From assembly GCA_035473755.1 (NCBI GenBank), contig DATINY010000333.1:1-40286 (forward strand): a stretch of DNA of 40,286 nucleotides, in the 5' to 3' direction. Below the pieces are notes generated by a model, which had not been told where the DNA came from, did no database searches, and saw only the letters and a program-made list of their open reading frames with translations. This DNA comes from Streptosporangiaceae bacterium (GTDB taxonomy: Bacteria; Actinomycetota; Actinomycetes; Streptosporangiales; Streptosporangiaceae). Positions 28,263 to 39,506 of the stretch are shown one piece after another (within the stretch, counting starts at the first letter, position 1; each line of letters starts with the position of its first letter). The translations under genes were made by a program, and so were the position numbers.

Positions 28263-29483
28263 CTACGGCGTCAGGTCGCGGACGACGGCGTCGGCCAGCA
28301 GGCGCCCCCGGCGCGTGAGGACGACCCGGCCCGACGAGTAGGCAGCCCCGGACGCCAGCCCGGCGGCGACCGCGTCCGCCGCCGCCGCCCGCCCGGCCGG
28401 CTCCAGCTCGGCCAGCGGGCAGCCCGAGGCGAGCCGCGTCAGCAGCAAGATCCGCTCCAGCCGCCGCTCCGGTTCGGCCAGTACCTCCCGGGCCTGGGCC
28501 GGGCTCTGGCCGGCGGCGATCCGCGTCGCATAGGCGGCCGGATGCTTGACGTTCCACCACCGGGTGCCGCCGACGTGGCTGTGCGCGCCCGGGCCGATCC
28601 CCCACCAGTCCCCGCCGATCCAGTAGAGCAGGTTGTGCCGGCACCGGGCCGCGTCGCAGGCCGCCCAGTTGGAGATCTCATACCAGGTCATGCCGTGGGC
28701 GCCGAGCACCTCGTCGGCGATCAGGTAGCGGTCGGCCATCGTGTCGTCGTCGGGGGCCGCGACCTGGCCCCGGCCGATCCGCGCGGCCAGGGCGGTTCCC
28801 TCCTCCACGATCAGTGAGTAGGCGGAGATGTGGTCGGGGCCCGCCGCCAGCGCCGCCCCCAGTGACTCCCGCCAGTCGGCGTCGCTCTCGCCGGGGGTGC
28901 CGTAGATCAGGTCCAGGCTCACGTGGGAGAACCCGGCCTCATGCGCCCACCGCACGCACCGGGTGGGCCGGCCGGGCTCGTGCACCCGGTCCAGCACGGC
29001 CAGCACGTGCGGAACGGCGCTCTGCATGCCGAGCGAGACGCGGGTCACGCCGCCGGCCCGCAGCCCGGCGAGCACCCGCTCGTCCACGGTCTCCGGGTTG
29101 GCTTCCACCGTCACCTCGGCGCCGCCGGCGAGCCCGAACTCGCCATCGATGGCCCGCAGGATCCCGGCCAGCGCAGTGGGCGGCAGCAGGGTGGGAGTCC
29201 CGCCGCCGAAGAACACGCTCGTCACCGGCAGGCTGGCGGCGCCGAGCACCCGCCGGGCCAGCCGCACCTCGGCGACCGCCAGGCCGGGGTAGGAGTCCCG
29301 GCTGGCCCCGGGCCCGAGCTCGGCTGCCGTGTAGGTGTTGAAGTCGCAGTAGCCGCAGCGGGTCCGGCAGAAGGGCACATGAACATAGATGCCGAACGGC
29401 CGCTGTCCCAGGCCCGCCGCCGCGCTCGCGGGCAGGGCGCCATCGGCCGGGACCGGCTCGCCGGCCGGGAGCGTGCCCGGCAT
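28263..29483 (-). CDS. hemW: radical SAM family heme chaperone HemW / coproporphyrinogen III oxidase-like
   Basis: FGIYVHVPFCRTRCGYCDFNTY carries the CxxxCxxC radical SAM motif. FFGGGTPTLL and the 406-aa length fit the family. Confidence 0.9.
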   Translation of the reverse strand: MPGTLPAGEPVPADGALPASAAAGLGQRPFGIYVHVPFCRTRCGYCDFNTYTAAELGPGASRDSYPGLAVAEVRLARRVLGAASLPVTSVFFGGGTPTLLPPTALAGILRAIDGEFGLAGGAEVTVEANPETVDERVLAGLRAGGVTRVSLGMQSAVPHVLAVLDRVHEPGRPTRCVRWAHEAGFSHVSLDLIYGTPGESDADWRESLGAALAAGPDHISAYSLIVEEGTALAARIGRGQVAAPDDDTMADRYLIADEVLGAHGMTWYEISNWAACDAARCRHNLLYWIGGDWWGIGPGAHSHVGGTRWWNVKHPAAYATRIAAGQSPAQAREVLAEPERRLERILLLTRLASGCPLAELEPAGRAAAADAVAAGLASGAAYSSGRVVLTRRGRLLADAVVRDLTP

Positions 29484-29497
29484 GTCAGCGCACCGGC

Positions 29498-30196
29498 TCA
29501 GCCACCGGGCGTGCCCGTCCCGTCCAGGCCGGCGCCGGCCGCCGCCCCGGCGCGGGAGGCCGCCCGGCCGAATACCGACACCGCGATCTCATCCCACTTG
29601 CTGCTGCGGCCCTCGACCTGCAGCAGCCGCCGCATCAGCCCGGTGTCCCCGTAGTAGGCGCGCGCCGACTCGGCGACCGTCACCCGGATGGCCGGGCGCG
29701 TCAGCACCTCGGCCGGGTCATCCGCGCCGACCCGCCCCTCCTCAAGCACGCGCAGGTAGGCGCCGGTCCGGCCGGAGTCGGCGAAGCGCTTGACCCACTG
29801 GCCCTCGTCCATCCAGCCGGCGAAGACCACGCACGGGATCCGGGGCGAGGTGACCTGAACCACGGCCGAGCCGAGCCGCCACACCTCCCCGATCAGGGCA
29901 CCGGTGACCTCGAGCCCGCTGGTGGTGATGTTCTCGCCGAACGCCCCGCTGGGCAGCTCACGCCCCAGCCGCTCCACCCACCAGTCCAGGTCCTCCCGGG
30001 CGTAGGCGTAGAGCGCCTGCTCGTAGCCGCCGTGGTCCGGCTTGTCCACTTGCTCGTCGCCGGCCAGGCCGAGCCTCCCGACCGCGACCGGGCCCGGGAC
30101 GGGCCGCTTGTCGATCGCCGTCCGCTTGAGCCGGCCGGCCCACTGCGCGTCCCGCCCACGGCCGGTGTTGACTGAGATCACTCGTGCTGCTGCCAC
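29498..30196 (-). CDS. MOSC domain-containing protein
   Basis: VISVNTGRGRD...GENITTSGLEVTGALIGEVWRLGSAVVQVTSPRIPCVVF. GTG at 30196 is the likely start. The upstream 200 codons of the 434-aa track ORF are antisense to the DUF1707 gene and low-complexity. Confidence 0.8.
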   Translation of the reverse strand: MAAARVISVNTGRGRDAQWAGRLKRTAIDKRPVPGPVAVGRLGLAGDEQVDKPDHGGYEQALYAYAREDLDWWVERLGRELPSGAFGENITTSGLEVTGALIGEVWRLGSAVVQVTSPRIPCVVFAGWMDEGQWVKRFADSGRTGAYLRVLEEGRVGADDPAEVLTRPAIRVTVAESARAYYGDTGLMRRLLQVEGRSSKWDEIAVSVFGRAASRAGAAAGAGLDGTGTPGG

Positions 30197-30335
30197 ATCT
30201 GGCACGGTATCCGGGCCGCCGGCCGGCCCGCGAACCCGCCGTCCCCCGGCCGGCGCCGCGGATGGGCCGCCAGGCCCGGCGATGGGGCTGGCTGCGCGGT
30301 CTATCCTGGGAGCATTCGTCCGGTGGGAGGCGGCA

Positions 30336-30848
30336 ATGACGGTGGGACCGGGGTATGGAACAGCAGGCGTGGCGCGGGCGCAGATGCGTGCCTCCACGGA
30401 GGACCGCGACCGCGCCGTGGAGCTGCTCACCAGGGCGTACACCGAAGGCCGGCTGGACAAGAACGAGCACGACACGAGGGTGGAGCGGGCCATGACCGCG
30501 ACCACCTTCGCCGAGCTCGACGCGGTCGTCGTCGACCTGCCCGGCGCGGGGCCGATCGCCCCGCCGCCGCTGGCCCAGCCGCAACTGGCCACGACCAACT
30601 CGCTGGCCATTACGTCCCTGATCTGCGGGATCGCCCAGTTCATGTTCGGGCCGCTGGCCACGATCCCGGCCGTCGTCTGCGGCCATATGGCCCGCAGCCA
30701 GATCCGCCGGACCAGGGAACAGGGGGCGGGCATGGCCCTGGCCGGGCTCATCTTGGGCTGGATCGGCGTTGGTTTCACCGTGCTGGTGGCGGTCGCCGCC
30801 ATCGCGATCGTCGCGGCCGTGTCGAGTCGCGGCGGGGCCGCCGGCTGA
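30336..30848 (+). CDS. DUF1707 (N-terminal) / DUF4190 (C-terminal TM) domain protein
   Basis: GGGAGG lies 5 nt upstream of ATG at 30336. MRASTEDRDRAVELLTRAYTEGRLDKNEHDTRVERA is DUF1707-like. The C-terminus NSLAITSLICGIAQFMFGPLATIPAVVCGHMARSQI...GLILGWIGVGF is DUF4190-like. Confidence 0.75.
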   Translation: MTVGPGYGTAGVARAQMRASTEDRDRAVELLTRAYTEGRLDKNEHDTRVERAMTATTFAELDAVVVDLPGAGPIAPPPLAQPQLATTNSLAITSLICGIAQFMFGPLATIPAVVCGHMARSQIRRTREQGAGMALAGLILGWIGVGFTVLVAVAAIAIVAAVSSRGGAAG

Positions 30849-30887
30849 GCCGCTTCCCCGTCTGGCCCCGGCCGGCGGCCAGGCCGG

Positions 30888-32846
<1,959 letters not shown>

Positions 32847-33004
32847 CCGGGGTGGCCGTGGCGCTGGTTTGGGCCCGTGGCCCCTGGTGAGCTATCCTGC
32901 TTTGCCGGGATGGATGTGCGCCGCTGATGGTGCGGCGCTGCCGCGCAAGAGCGGGATGCGTCCTTCGGCCAGCCAGACCCAGTACCCCCAAGCGAGGCTT
33001 CCGC

Positions 33005-33271
33005 GTGGCGAATATCAAGTCGCAGATCAAGCGCAACAAGCAGAACGAGCAGGCCAGGCAGCGCAACAAGGCCGTCAAGTCGTCGCTGAAGACCAGCGTG
33101 CGCAGGTTCCGCGAGGCAGCCGACGCCGGTGACACCGACGCGGCGGTGCTGGCCATGCGCGACGCCAGCCGCAGCCTGGACAAGGCCGCGAGCAAGGGCG
33201 TGATCCACAAGAAGCAGGCCGCGAACCGTAAGTCGGCCATGGCCAAGCGCGCCGCCGAGCTCCAGTCCTGA
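33005..33271 (+). CDS. rpsT: 30S ribosomal protein S20
   Basis: [35 protein letters not shown] is the canonical S20 N-terminus, starting at GTG 33005. The track ORF start at 32927 adds 26 non-conserved codons. Confidence 0.93.
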   Translation: MANIKSQIKRNKQNEQARQRNKAVKSSLKTSVRRFREAADAGDTDAAVLAMRDASRSLDKAASKGVIHKKQAANRKSAMAKRAAELQS

Positions 33272-33278
33272 CCCCTCG

Positions 33279-34322
33279 CTAGTGGCCGGCCCGGCTGGGT
33301 GAGCCGGACCGGCAGGCGACGATGGTGCGGACCGCCACTTCCAGCGCGTAGCCAGGGCTCGTTCCCTCCCCCTTGACCTGCGCATCGGCCTCGGCCACGG
33401 CACCGAGCGCACGCGCGATGCCATCGGGTTCCCACCCGCGCAACTGCTGCCGTACCCGGTCGATCTTCCAGGGCGGGGCACCGACCTCGGCCGCCAGCTC
33501 GGCGCTTCCCCGGCCCCGTGGCGCGCCGCTGACCCGGCCCAGCAGCCGGACCCCCTGGGCGAGCCCGCTGCTGATCAGAACCGGCGCCACCCCCACCGCG
33601 AGTGCCCAGCGGAGCAGCTCGAGCGCGTCGGACAGGCGCCCCTCCACCGCCCGGTCGGCCACCGAGAAACCGCTGGCCTCGGCCCGCCCGCGGTAATACC
33701 TGGCGACCTCGGGCTGGCCGATCACGCCGGTGGTGTCGGCCGCCAGCTGCGCGCAGGCGGAAGCTATCTCCCGCAGGTCGGACCCGAGCGCGTCGATCAG
33801 GGCACGCACCCCGCCGTCGTTGATGGTCCGCCCGGCCGCGCGGAATTCCTGCCGCACGAAATCCATCCGGTCGGACACCCTGGTGATCTTGGGGTACTCG
33901 AACACCCGCGCCCCGTTCCCGGCCAGGCCGGCCAGGAGCGCCTTGCCCCTGGCCCCGCCCGCATGGGTGACCACCAGGCGCACGTCCGGCGGCGGCTCGG
34001 CCGCCAGCCGGGTCAGCTCCTCCGCGACGTCTTTGCCGGCGTTGTGTGCGTCCCGGATCACCACCACGCAGTCGCCGCCGAACAGGGAGGGCGCGGTGAG
34101 CGTGGCCAGGTCACCGTGGCCGAGCGCGCCGCCGCTGACCTCGTGGACGCCGCTGCGGGCCGGGAACGGGCCCTCCCCGGCGCCGGCCGGGCCGGTGGCG
34201 GCGGACGCCGCCGCGACCAGCCGGGCGACGGCCCGCTCCACCAGCAGTTCCTCCTCGCCCACCACGACCGCGACCGCCGGGCTCGCGGTGGGGGTTCCGC
34301 CCGAAGCGGCCTGGGAAGCCAT
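33279..34322 (-). CDS. holA: DNA polymerase III subunit delta
   Basis: VVVGEEELLVERAV...APSLFGGDCVVVIRDAH...LREIASACAQLAAD...SGFSVADRAVEGRLSDALELLRWAL. I prefer ATG at 34322 (MASQAASGG). Confidence 0.8.
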   Translation of the reverse strand: MASQAASGGTPTASPAVAVVVGEEELLVERAVARLVAAASAATGPAGAGEGPFPARSGVHEVSGGALGHGDLATLTAPSLFGGDCVVVIRDAHNAGKDVAEELTRLAAEPPPDVRLVVTHAGGARGKALLAGLAGNGARVFEYPKITRVSDRMDFVRQEFRAAGRTINDGGVRALIDALGSDLREIASACAQLAADTTGVIGQPEVARYYRGRAEASGFSVADRAVEGRLSDALELLRWALAVGVAPVLISSGLAQGVRLLGRVSGAPRGRGSAELAAEVGAPPWKIDRVRQQLRGWEPDGIARALGAVAEADAQVKGEGTSPGYALEVAVRTIVACRSGSPSRAGH

Positions 34323-34444
34323 GCCTGAAGCATGCCATGACGAAGGCGCCGCCGGAGGCGGGGATCGGAGCAGGTGGGTCGTTCCCGCGGGCAAGACCGC
34401 CACAGCGGGTGCTGCGGATCAGCCCGGGCCAGCTGGGTGACGGC

Positions 34445-35656
34445 TCAGCTCAGCGCCGGCTCGCCGCCCCGCCAGACCCGGAGCGGCTTGAGGCCGTACG
34501 ACCAGGCGAAGGCGCCTTCGTGGTCGGCGTCCCAGGCCACGATGTCGGCGTACCGCCCGCGCACCATCGCGCCCCGGTCGGGAGTGCGCAGCGCCTGGGC
34601 GCCGCCCAGCGTCGCCGCGCGCAGCGCCTCGCTGACGCTCATCCCGAAGTGGCCGATAGCGAGCGAGATGACCAGCGACATGGAGGTCATGCCGTTCCCG
34701 CCCGGCGCATGGTCGGAGCCGAGCGCGACCGCGACGCCCTTGTCGAGCAGCGCCCGGACCGGCGGCATCTTGCCGGCCCCCAACGCGGTGCCGGGACACA
34801 GGACGCTCGCCACACCGGCGGTGGCCAGCGCGATGACATCCTCCTCGTCGGCCTCATGCAGCAGGTCGGCCGACGCGCAGCCCATCTCGGCGGCGAGGCG
34901 GGCGGCACCGGTGCGCGACTGGCCGCACGCGTGCAGCCGGGGAAGGAGCCCGGAGGCGCGGCCCGCCCCGAGCACCCAGCGTGCCTCCCGCTCGGTGAAC
35001 CGGCCCTCTTCGCAGTAGACGTCCACGCTGTCGGCCCCGGCCGCGGCCGCATCGGCACACCAGGTGCCGACCGCGTCGACGTAGTCGTGGCGGCGGCCGA
35101 AGTACTCGGGCGGCACCGCGTTGGCCGCGAGGAAGGTCACATGAACCCGCGGCATGCCGACCTCGCCCTCCAGCGACCGGAGCAGCCGGACGTCGGCGAG
35201 CTCACCATCCCGGGTGAGGTGGTACCCGGTCTTGGCCTCGATCGTGGTGGTCCCGCTCAGGAGCCATTCCGCCAGCCGGGCCCGGACGCCGTTGCACAGG
35301 GTCCAGGGGTCGGTCCCGCGGGTGACCGTCACCGTCGACGCCATCCCCCCGCCGGCGGCGGCGATCTCGTTCGCTGAGGACCCGCCGGACCTCATGGCCA
35401 GCTCGGCCCAGCGGTTCCCGGCGTAGACGGGGTGGGTGTGCGCGTCGATCAGGCCCGGCGTGACCAGCCCGCCGTTGAGGTTCTCCACCTGATCCACGTC
35501 GACGATGTCGTCCACGACCCCGGGCAGGCTCTGCGGCAGCTCGGCCGCGGGCCCCACCCACGCGATCCGGTCGCCCTGAGTCAGGATGGCAGCGTTGTTC
35601 CACACCTCGGACCCGGTCCAGAGGCGCCCGATGTTCGTCAAGAGGCGGATCGTCAC
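34445..35656 (-). CDS. amidohydrolase, imidazolonepropionase (HutI)-like
   Basis: VTPGLIDAHTHPVYAGNRWAELAMRSGG..EIAAAGGGMASTVTVTR resembles the HutI signature (DxHTHxVFxG...GGGIxSTV). GTG at 35656 has GGGAGGG 7 nt upstream. The 27 extra codons of the track ORF have about 58% third-position GC, so they are not coding-like. There are no hutU/hutH neighbours. Confidence 0.8.
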   Translation of the reverse strand: MTIRLLTNIGRLWTGSEVWNNAAILTQGDRIAWVGPAAELPQSLPGVVDDIVDVDQVENLNGGLVTPGLIDAHTHPVYAGNRWAELAMRSGGSSANEIAAAGGGMASTVTVTRGTDPWTLCNGVRARLAEWLLSGTTTIEAKTGYHLTRDGELADVRLLRSLEGEVGMPRVHVTFLAANAVPPEYFGRRHDYVDAVGTWCADAAAAGADSVDVYCEEGRFTEREARWVLGAGRASGLLPRLHACGQSRTGAARLAAEMGCASADLLHEADEEDVIALATAGVASVLCPGTALGAGKMPPVRALLDKGVAVALGSDHAPGGNGMTSMSLVISLAIGHFGMSVSEALRAATLGGAQALRTPDRGAMVRGRYADIVAWDADHEGAFAWSYGLKPLRVWRGGEPALS

Positions 35657-36072
35657 CGATGAGCCCTCCCCCGCAGAAACGCTCTCCCCCGTGCAGGAAC
35701 CCCCAAGGTAAGGGCCTCCTGCGTCATGAGCGGTCACCTGCCACGGCTCGTGCCTTGTCTAGATCACCGCCGGGTACCCGGAATCGCCTCCAAACGATCA
35801 TGAGCGAGCGGGCGCTCCGAAGATGCGGCAACCAACATATCGGTTCAGTTACGCTATTGCACCCGGGGGTGCTTGTACAGGCTGATTGCCAAGATCGCTG
35901 GCCCGAATTCCCGCTTTTTTCCAAGCCCGCTGCGTTTAGCCGTCCCGGCGCCCGCCGCCACGCCCACAACGCGTCCCGGCCCAGCTCAGACCCGGCTCAG
36001 CTCCACAAACCAGCCATCGTTGCAGGTAGCAGCAAGACGGATGATCGCCGCCGCCGGCAATTCCGATTTCTG

Positions 36073-37593
36073 CTAATCGATTGCATTTCCTGCGGCCGCC
36101 ACCGGAGTGCCCGTCACGACGGCCAGCTCGGCCGCCAGGCCCGGCGGAACGCGCGCGGTCAGCTCGGTGCCTTCCGCCGCGTGCCGTATGGCGAGCACCT
36201 CACCCTCCTGGTGCGCCCGGGCCACCAGGTCGCCCCGCCCGTAGGGCACGAGCACACAGATCTCCTGATCGCGCCGGGGCAGCCTGGCGTCCACGGCGGC
36301 GAGCAGGTCGCCGATCCCCGCTCCGGTCCGGGCGGAGACCACCACGCACCCCCGCTCGTTCGCCTCCAGGCCCTTGACCACGACCGGGTCGGCGTCGTCG
36401 GCCTTGTTGATGACCACGATCTCGGGCACGTCCGCGGCGCCGATCTCGGCGAGCACCGCCCGCACGGCCGACATCTGCGCCGCCGGGTCCGCGTCACTGC
36501 CGTCCACCACGTGCAGGATGAGATCGGCCTGGGCGACCTCCTCCAGCGTGGAACGGAACGCCTCCACCAGCTGGTGCGGCAGGTGCCGGACGAAACCCAC
36601 CGTGTCGGTCAGGGTGAACCAGCGGCCGGACGGCGTCCGGGCCCGGCGCACCGAGGGGTCCAGGGTGGCGAACAGCGAGTCATCGACCAGGACACCGGCC
36701 CCCGTGGCCGCGTTGAGCAGGCTCGATTTCCCGGCGTTGGTGTAGCCCGTGATGGCCACGGCCGGCACCTCCCGGCGGCGCCGCTGCCCGCGCTGGACCT
36801 CGCGGCCCACCGACATCTCCGCGATCTGGCGGCGCAGCTTGGCCGTGCGCGCCCGGATCCGGCGCCGGTCAGTCTCGATCTTGGTTTCACCGGGGCCGCG
36901 CGTGCCGATGCCACCGCCGCCGGCGACCCGGCCGCCCGCCTGCCGGGACAGCGACTCGCCCCAGCCACGCAGCCGTGGCAGCAGGTACTGTAGCTGCGCC
37001 AGCTCCACCTGCGCCTTGCCCTCCTTGCTCCGTGCATGCTGCGCGAAGATGTCCAGGATGAGGGCGGTGCGGTCGATGACCTTCACCTTGACCACGCCCT
37101 CCAGGCGGCGCAGCTGGCCGGGGGTGAGCTCGTTGTCGCAGATGACCGTGTCGGCGCCGGTCGCCGTCACCAGTGCCGCCAGCTCGGCGGCCTTGCCCGC
37201 GCCGACGTAGGTCGCCGGGTCGGGCCGCCCGCGTCGCTGCACCATGCCGTCCAGCACGACCGACCCGGCCGTCTCGGCGAGCCGGGACAGCTCGCGCAGC
37301 GAGTTCTCGGCCGCGGCCAGCGTGCCCTCGGTCCACACGCCGATGAGCACCACGCGCTCCAGCCGCAGGGCGCGGTACTCGACTTCGGTGACGTCGGTGA
37401 GTTCGGTCGACAGGCCCGCGACCCGGCGCAGGGCATGCCGGTCGGCCAGGTCGAGTTCGCCAGTGTGGTCCTCGGGGAAAGTCATCGCTGCCTTGGGTCG
37501 GTGTCCGGGCAGTTCACTGCCCCTTTCGTGGGCGCCGGGCGCGGCCTTCGCCGGACGGTGAGCAATCAATGCTGACATGTCTGATGGTTTCAT
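36073..37593 (-). CDS. hflX: GTPase HflX
   Basis: RRVAGLSTELTDVTEVEYRALRLERVVLIGVW, GPGETKIETDRRRI, and G domain VAITGYTNAGKSSLLNA...DTVGF...NKAD. The first codons after 37593 have low third-position GC, so ATG at 37485 (MTFPEDH) is a plausible true start. Confidence 0.92.
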   Translation of the reverse strand: MKPSDMSALIAHRPAKAAPGAHERGSELPGHRPKAAMTFPEDHTGELDLADRHALRRVAGLSTELTDVTEVEYRALRLERVVLIGVWTEGTLAAAENSLRELSRLAETAGSVVLDGMVQRRGRPDPATYVGAGKAAELAALVTATGADTVICDNELTPGQLRRLEGVVKVKVIDRTALILDIFAQHARSKEGKAQVELAQLQYLLPRLRGWGESLSRQAGGRVAGGGGIGTRGPGETKIETDRRRIRARTAKLRRQIAEMSVGREVQRGQRRRREVPAVAITGYTNAGKSSLLNAATGAGVLVDDSLFATLDPSVRRARTPSGRWFTLTDTVGFVRHLPHQLVEAFRSTLEEVAQADLILHVVDGSDADPAAQMSAVRAVLAEIGAADVPEIVVINKADDADPVVVKGLEANERGCVVVSARTGAGIGDLLAAVDARLPRRDQEICVLVPYGRGDLVARAHQEGEVLAIRHAAEGTELTARVPPGLAAELAVVTGTPVAAAGNAID

Positions 37594-37696
37594 TCACCTC
37601 AATAAACAGCGGGGAGCCCGCGATTGTGCCCGGCCGGCCCGCGCCCGCACCCGGGCGGGGAGCAGCGGGCCGTGCCCCGGGGCCGGAGGGCCGCCT

Positions 37697-37726
37697 TTGA
37701 CCCGGCTCATGGCCGGGAGTTAGCGT
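37697..37726 (+). promoter_or_regulatory. candidate housekeeping-sigma promoter for aceB (TTGACC-N18-TAGCGT)
   Basis: The hexamers were read directly, 59 nt upstream of the aceB ATG. This is a pattern match only. Confidence 0.3.
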
Positions 37727-37784
37727 CGGTGCCACCATCCGCAACGCGTGCCCAAGACGTGATCATCACCGGGAGGAGCGCGAC

Positions 37785-39389
37785 ATGGCTGCTGTCGAGG
37801 GTGTCGAGATCATCGGCCCGCGGGGGGACCGCTACGACGAGATCCTCACCCCCGACGCGCTGCGCCTGCTGGCCTCGCTCCAGCGCGAGCTCGGCCCCAG
37901 GCGGGCGGCACTGCTCGCGGCGCGCGAGACCCGGCAGGTGGAGATCTCGGCCGGCGGGACCTTCGACTTCCTCCCCGGGACCCGCCAGATCCGGGATGAC
38001 CCGGCCTGGCGGGTGGCGGCGCCCGCGCCCGGGCTGGTCGACCGCCGGGTGGAGATCACCGGCCCCACCGAGCGGAAGATGACGATCAACGCGCTCAACT
38101 CCGGGGCGAACGTGTGGCTCGCCGACTTCGAGGACGCGAACACGCCGCTCTGGGAGAACATGATCACCGGCCAGCTCAACCTGAGGGATGCCCTCGACCG
38201 CACCGTGGACTTCACCAGCGAGGAAGGCAAGTCCTACCGCTTGGCGCCCGACGAGGAGCTCGCGACCATCGTGGTCCGGCCGCGCGGCTGGCATCTGGAC
38301 GAAAAGCACCTGCTGGTGGACGGCCGGCGGGTGTCAGGCAGCCTCTTCGACTTCGCGCTGTACTTCGTCCACTGCGCACAGCGCCAGCTCGACCAGGGCA
38401 AGGGGCCGTATTTCTACCTGGCCAAGATGGAGAGCCACCGGGAGGCCGGGCTCTGGAACGACGCCTTCAACCTGGCCCAGGACTTCCTCGGCATCCCCCG
38501 CGGCACGATCCGGGCCACCGTCCTGATCGAGACCATCCCGGCCGCGTTCGAGATGGAGGAGATCCTCTACGAGCTGCGCGACCACAGCGCGGGACTGAAC
38601 GCGGGCCGCTGGGACTACCTGTTCAGCATCATCAAGAAGTTCCGGTCCCGGGGACGGGAGTTCGTCCTGCCCGAGCGGAACTCGGTCACCATGACCGCGC
38701 CCATGATGCGCGCCTACACCGAGCTGCTGGTCAAGACCTGCCACCGCCGGGGCGCGCACGCGATGGGCGGGATGGCCGCGTTCATCCCGAACCGCCGCGA
38801 CCCGGAGGTGACCGCCACCGCGCTGGCCAAGGTGCGTGACGACAAGACCCGCGAGTCCGGCGACGGCTTCGACGGCTCCTGGGTCGCCCACCCCGATCTG
38901 GTACCCCTGTGCAAGGAGGTCTTCGACGCCGCGCTCGGCGACCGGCCCAACCAGCTGGACCGGCTGCGGGAGGAGGTCAGCGTCACCGGGCCCGATCTGC
39001 TGGCGGTGGACAAGACCCCGGGCGTGATCACCGAGGCGGGCCTGCGCAACGACGTCAGCGTGGCCCTGCAGTACCTGGCCACCTGGCTCGGCGGCAACGG
39101 CGCGGTGGCGATCTTCAACCTGATGGAGGACGCCGCCACCGCGGAGATCGCCCGGTCCCAGGTCTGGCAGTGGCTGCACAACAGCGTCACCCTCGACGAC
39201 GGCCCCCTGGTCACCCGCGACCTGGTGGAGCGGATCATGGGCGAGGAGCTGGACAAGATCCGCGCCAGCGCGGGCGCCGCCTTCGACGCCCCCCGCTATG
39301 ACCAGGCGGTCGCCCTGTTCACCGAGGTCGGCCTGGCCGACACCTACGCCGAATTCCTGACCATCCCCGCCTATGAGCGCATGCCTTGA
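37785..39389 (+). CDS. aceB: malate synthase A
   Basis: GGGAGGAG lies 6 nt upstream. [33 protein letters not shown]...[18 protein letters not shown]...[13 protein letters not shown]. The 534-aa size is typical of the A-type enzyme. Confidence 0.93.
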   Translation: MAAVEGVEIIGPRGDRYDEILTPDALRLLASLQRELGPRRAALLAARETRQVEISAGGTFDFLPGTRQIRDDPAWRVAAPAPGLVDRRVEITGPTERKMTINALNSGANVWLADFEDANTPLWENMITGQLNLRDALDRTVDFTSEEGKSYRLAPDEELATIVVRPRGWHLDEKHLLVDGRRVSGSLFDFALYFVHCAQRQLDQGKGPYFYLAKMESHREAGLWNDAFNLAQDFLGIPRGTIRATVLIETIPAAFEMEEILYELRDHSAGLNAGRWDYLFSIIKKFRSRGREFVLPERNSVTMTAPMMRAYTELLVKTCHRRGAHAMGGMAAFIPNRRDPEVTATALAKVRDDKTRESGDGFDGSWVAHPDLVPLCKEVFDAALGDRPNQLDRLREEVSVTGPDLLAVDKTPGVITEAGLRNDVSVALQYLATWLGGNGAVAIFNLMEDAATAEIARSQVWQWLHNSVTLDDGPLVTRDLVERIMGEELDKIRASAGAAFDAPRYDQAVALFTEVGLADTYAEFLTIPAYERMP

Positions 39390-39506
39390 CCGCCGCCCGC
39401 TCCCGGCCCCGGTGGCCCCGGTCGCCTCCGCCGGGCGCGGCCCTGGAAATCGGCCGGGCCGCAGGGCAACCTGGGAGATAGTGACGCCGCGCACCAAGGG
39501 GTAACG

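Noticed and set aside
30041-30049. DnaA-box-like TTGTCCACT
   Set aside because: It is a single 8/9 match inside the MOSC coding sequence, with no cluster and no AT-rich unwinding region.
30197-30802. Upstream 200 codons of the 434-aa ORF 29498..30802
   Set aside because: This part is antisense to the well-supported DUF1707/DUF4190 gene and is low-complexity. MOSC homology begins only at about 30196.
35654-35728. 24-codon upstream ORF (MTQEALTLGVPARGRAFLRGRAHR) whose TGA overlaps the amidohydrolase GTG start
   Set aside because: Third-position GC is only about 71%, there is no clear RBS for its ATG, and such short ORFs arise by chance. It is best treated as 5' UTR unless ribosome profiling says otherwise.
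37594-37784. Possible riboswitch (e.g. glycine) upstream of malate synthase
   Set aside because: None of the conserved glycine-riboswitch core sequences is visible. The region holds only GC-rich hairpins and a promoter-like TTGACC-N18-TAGCGT.
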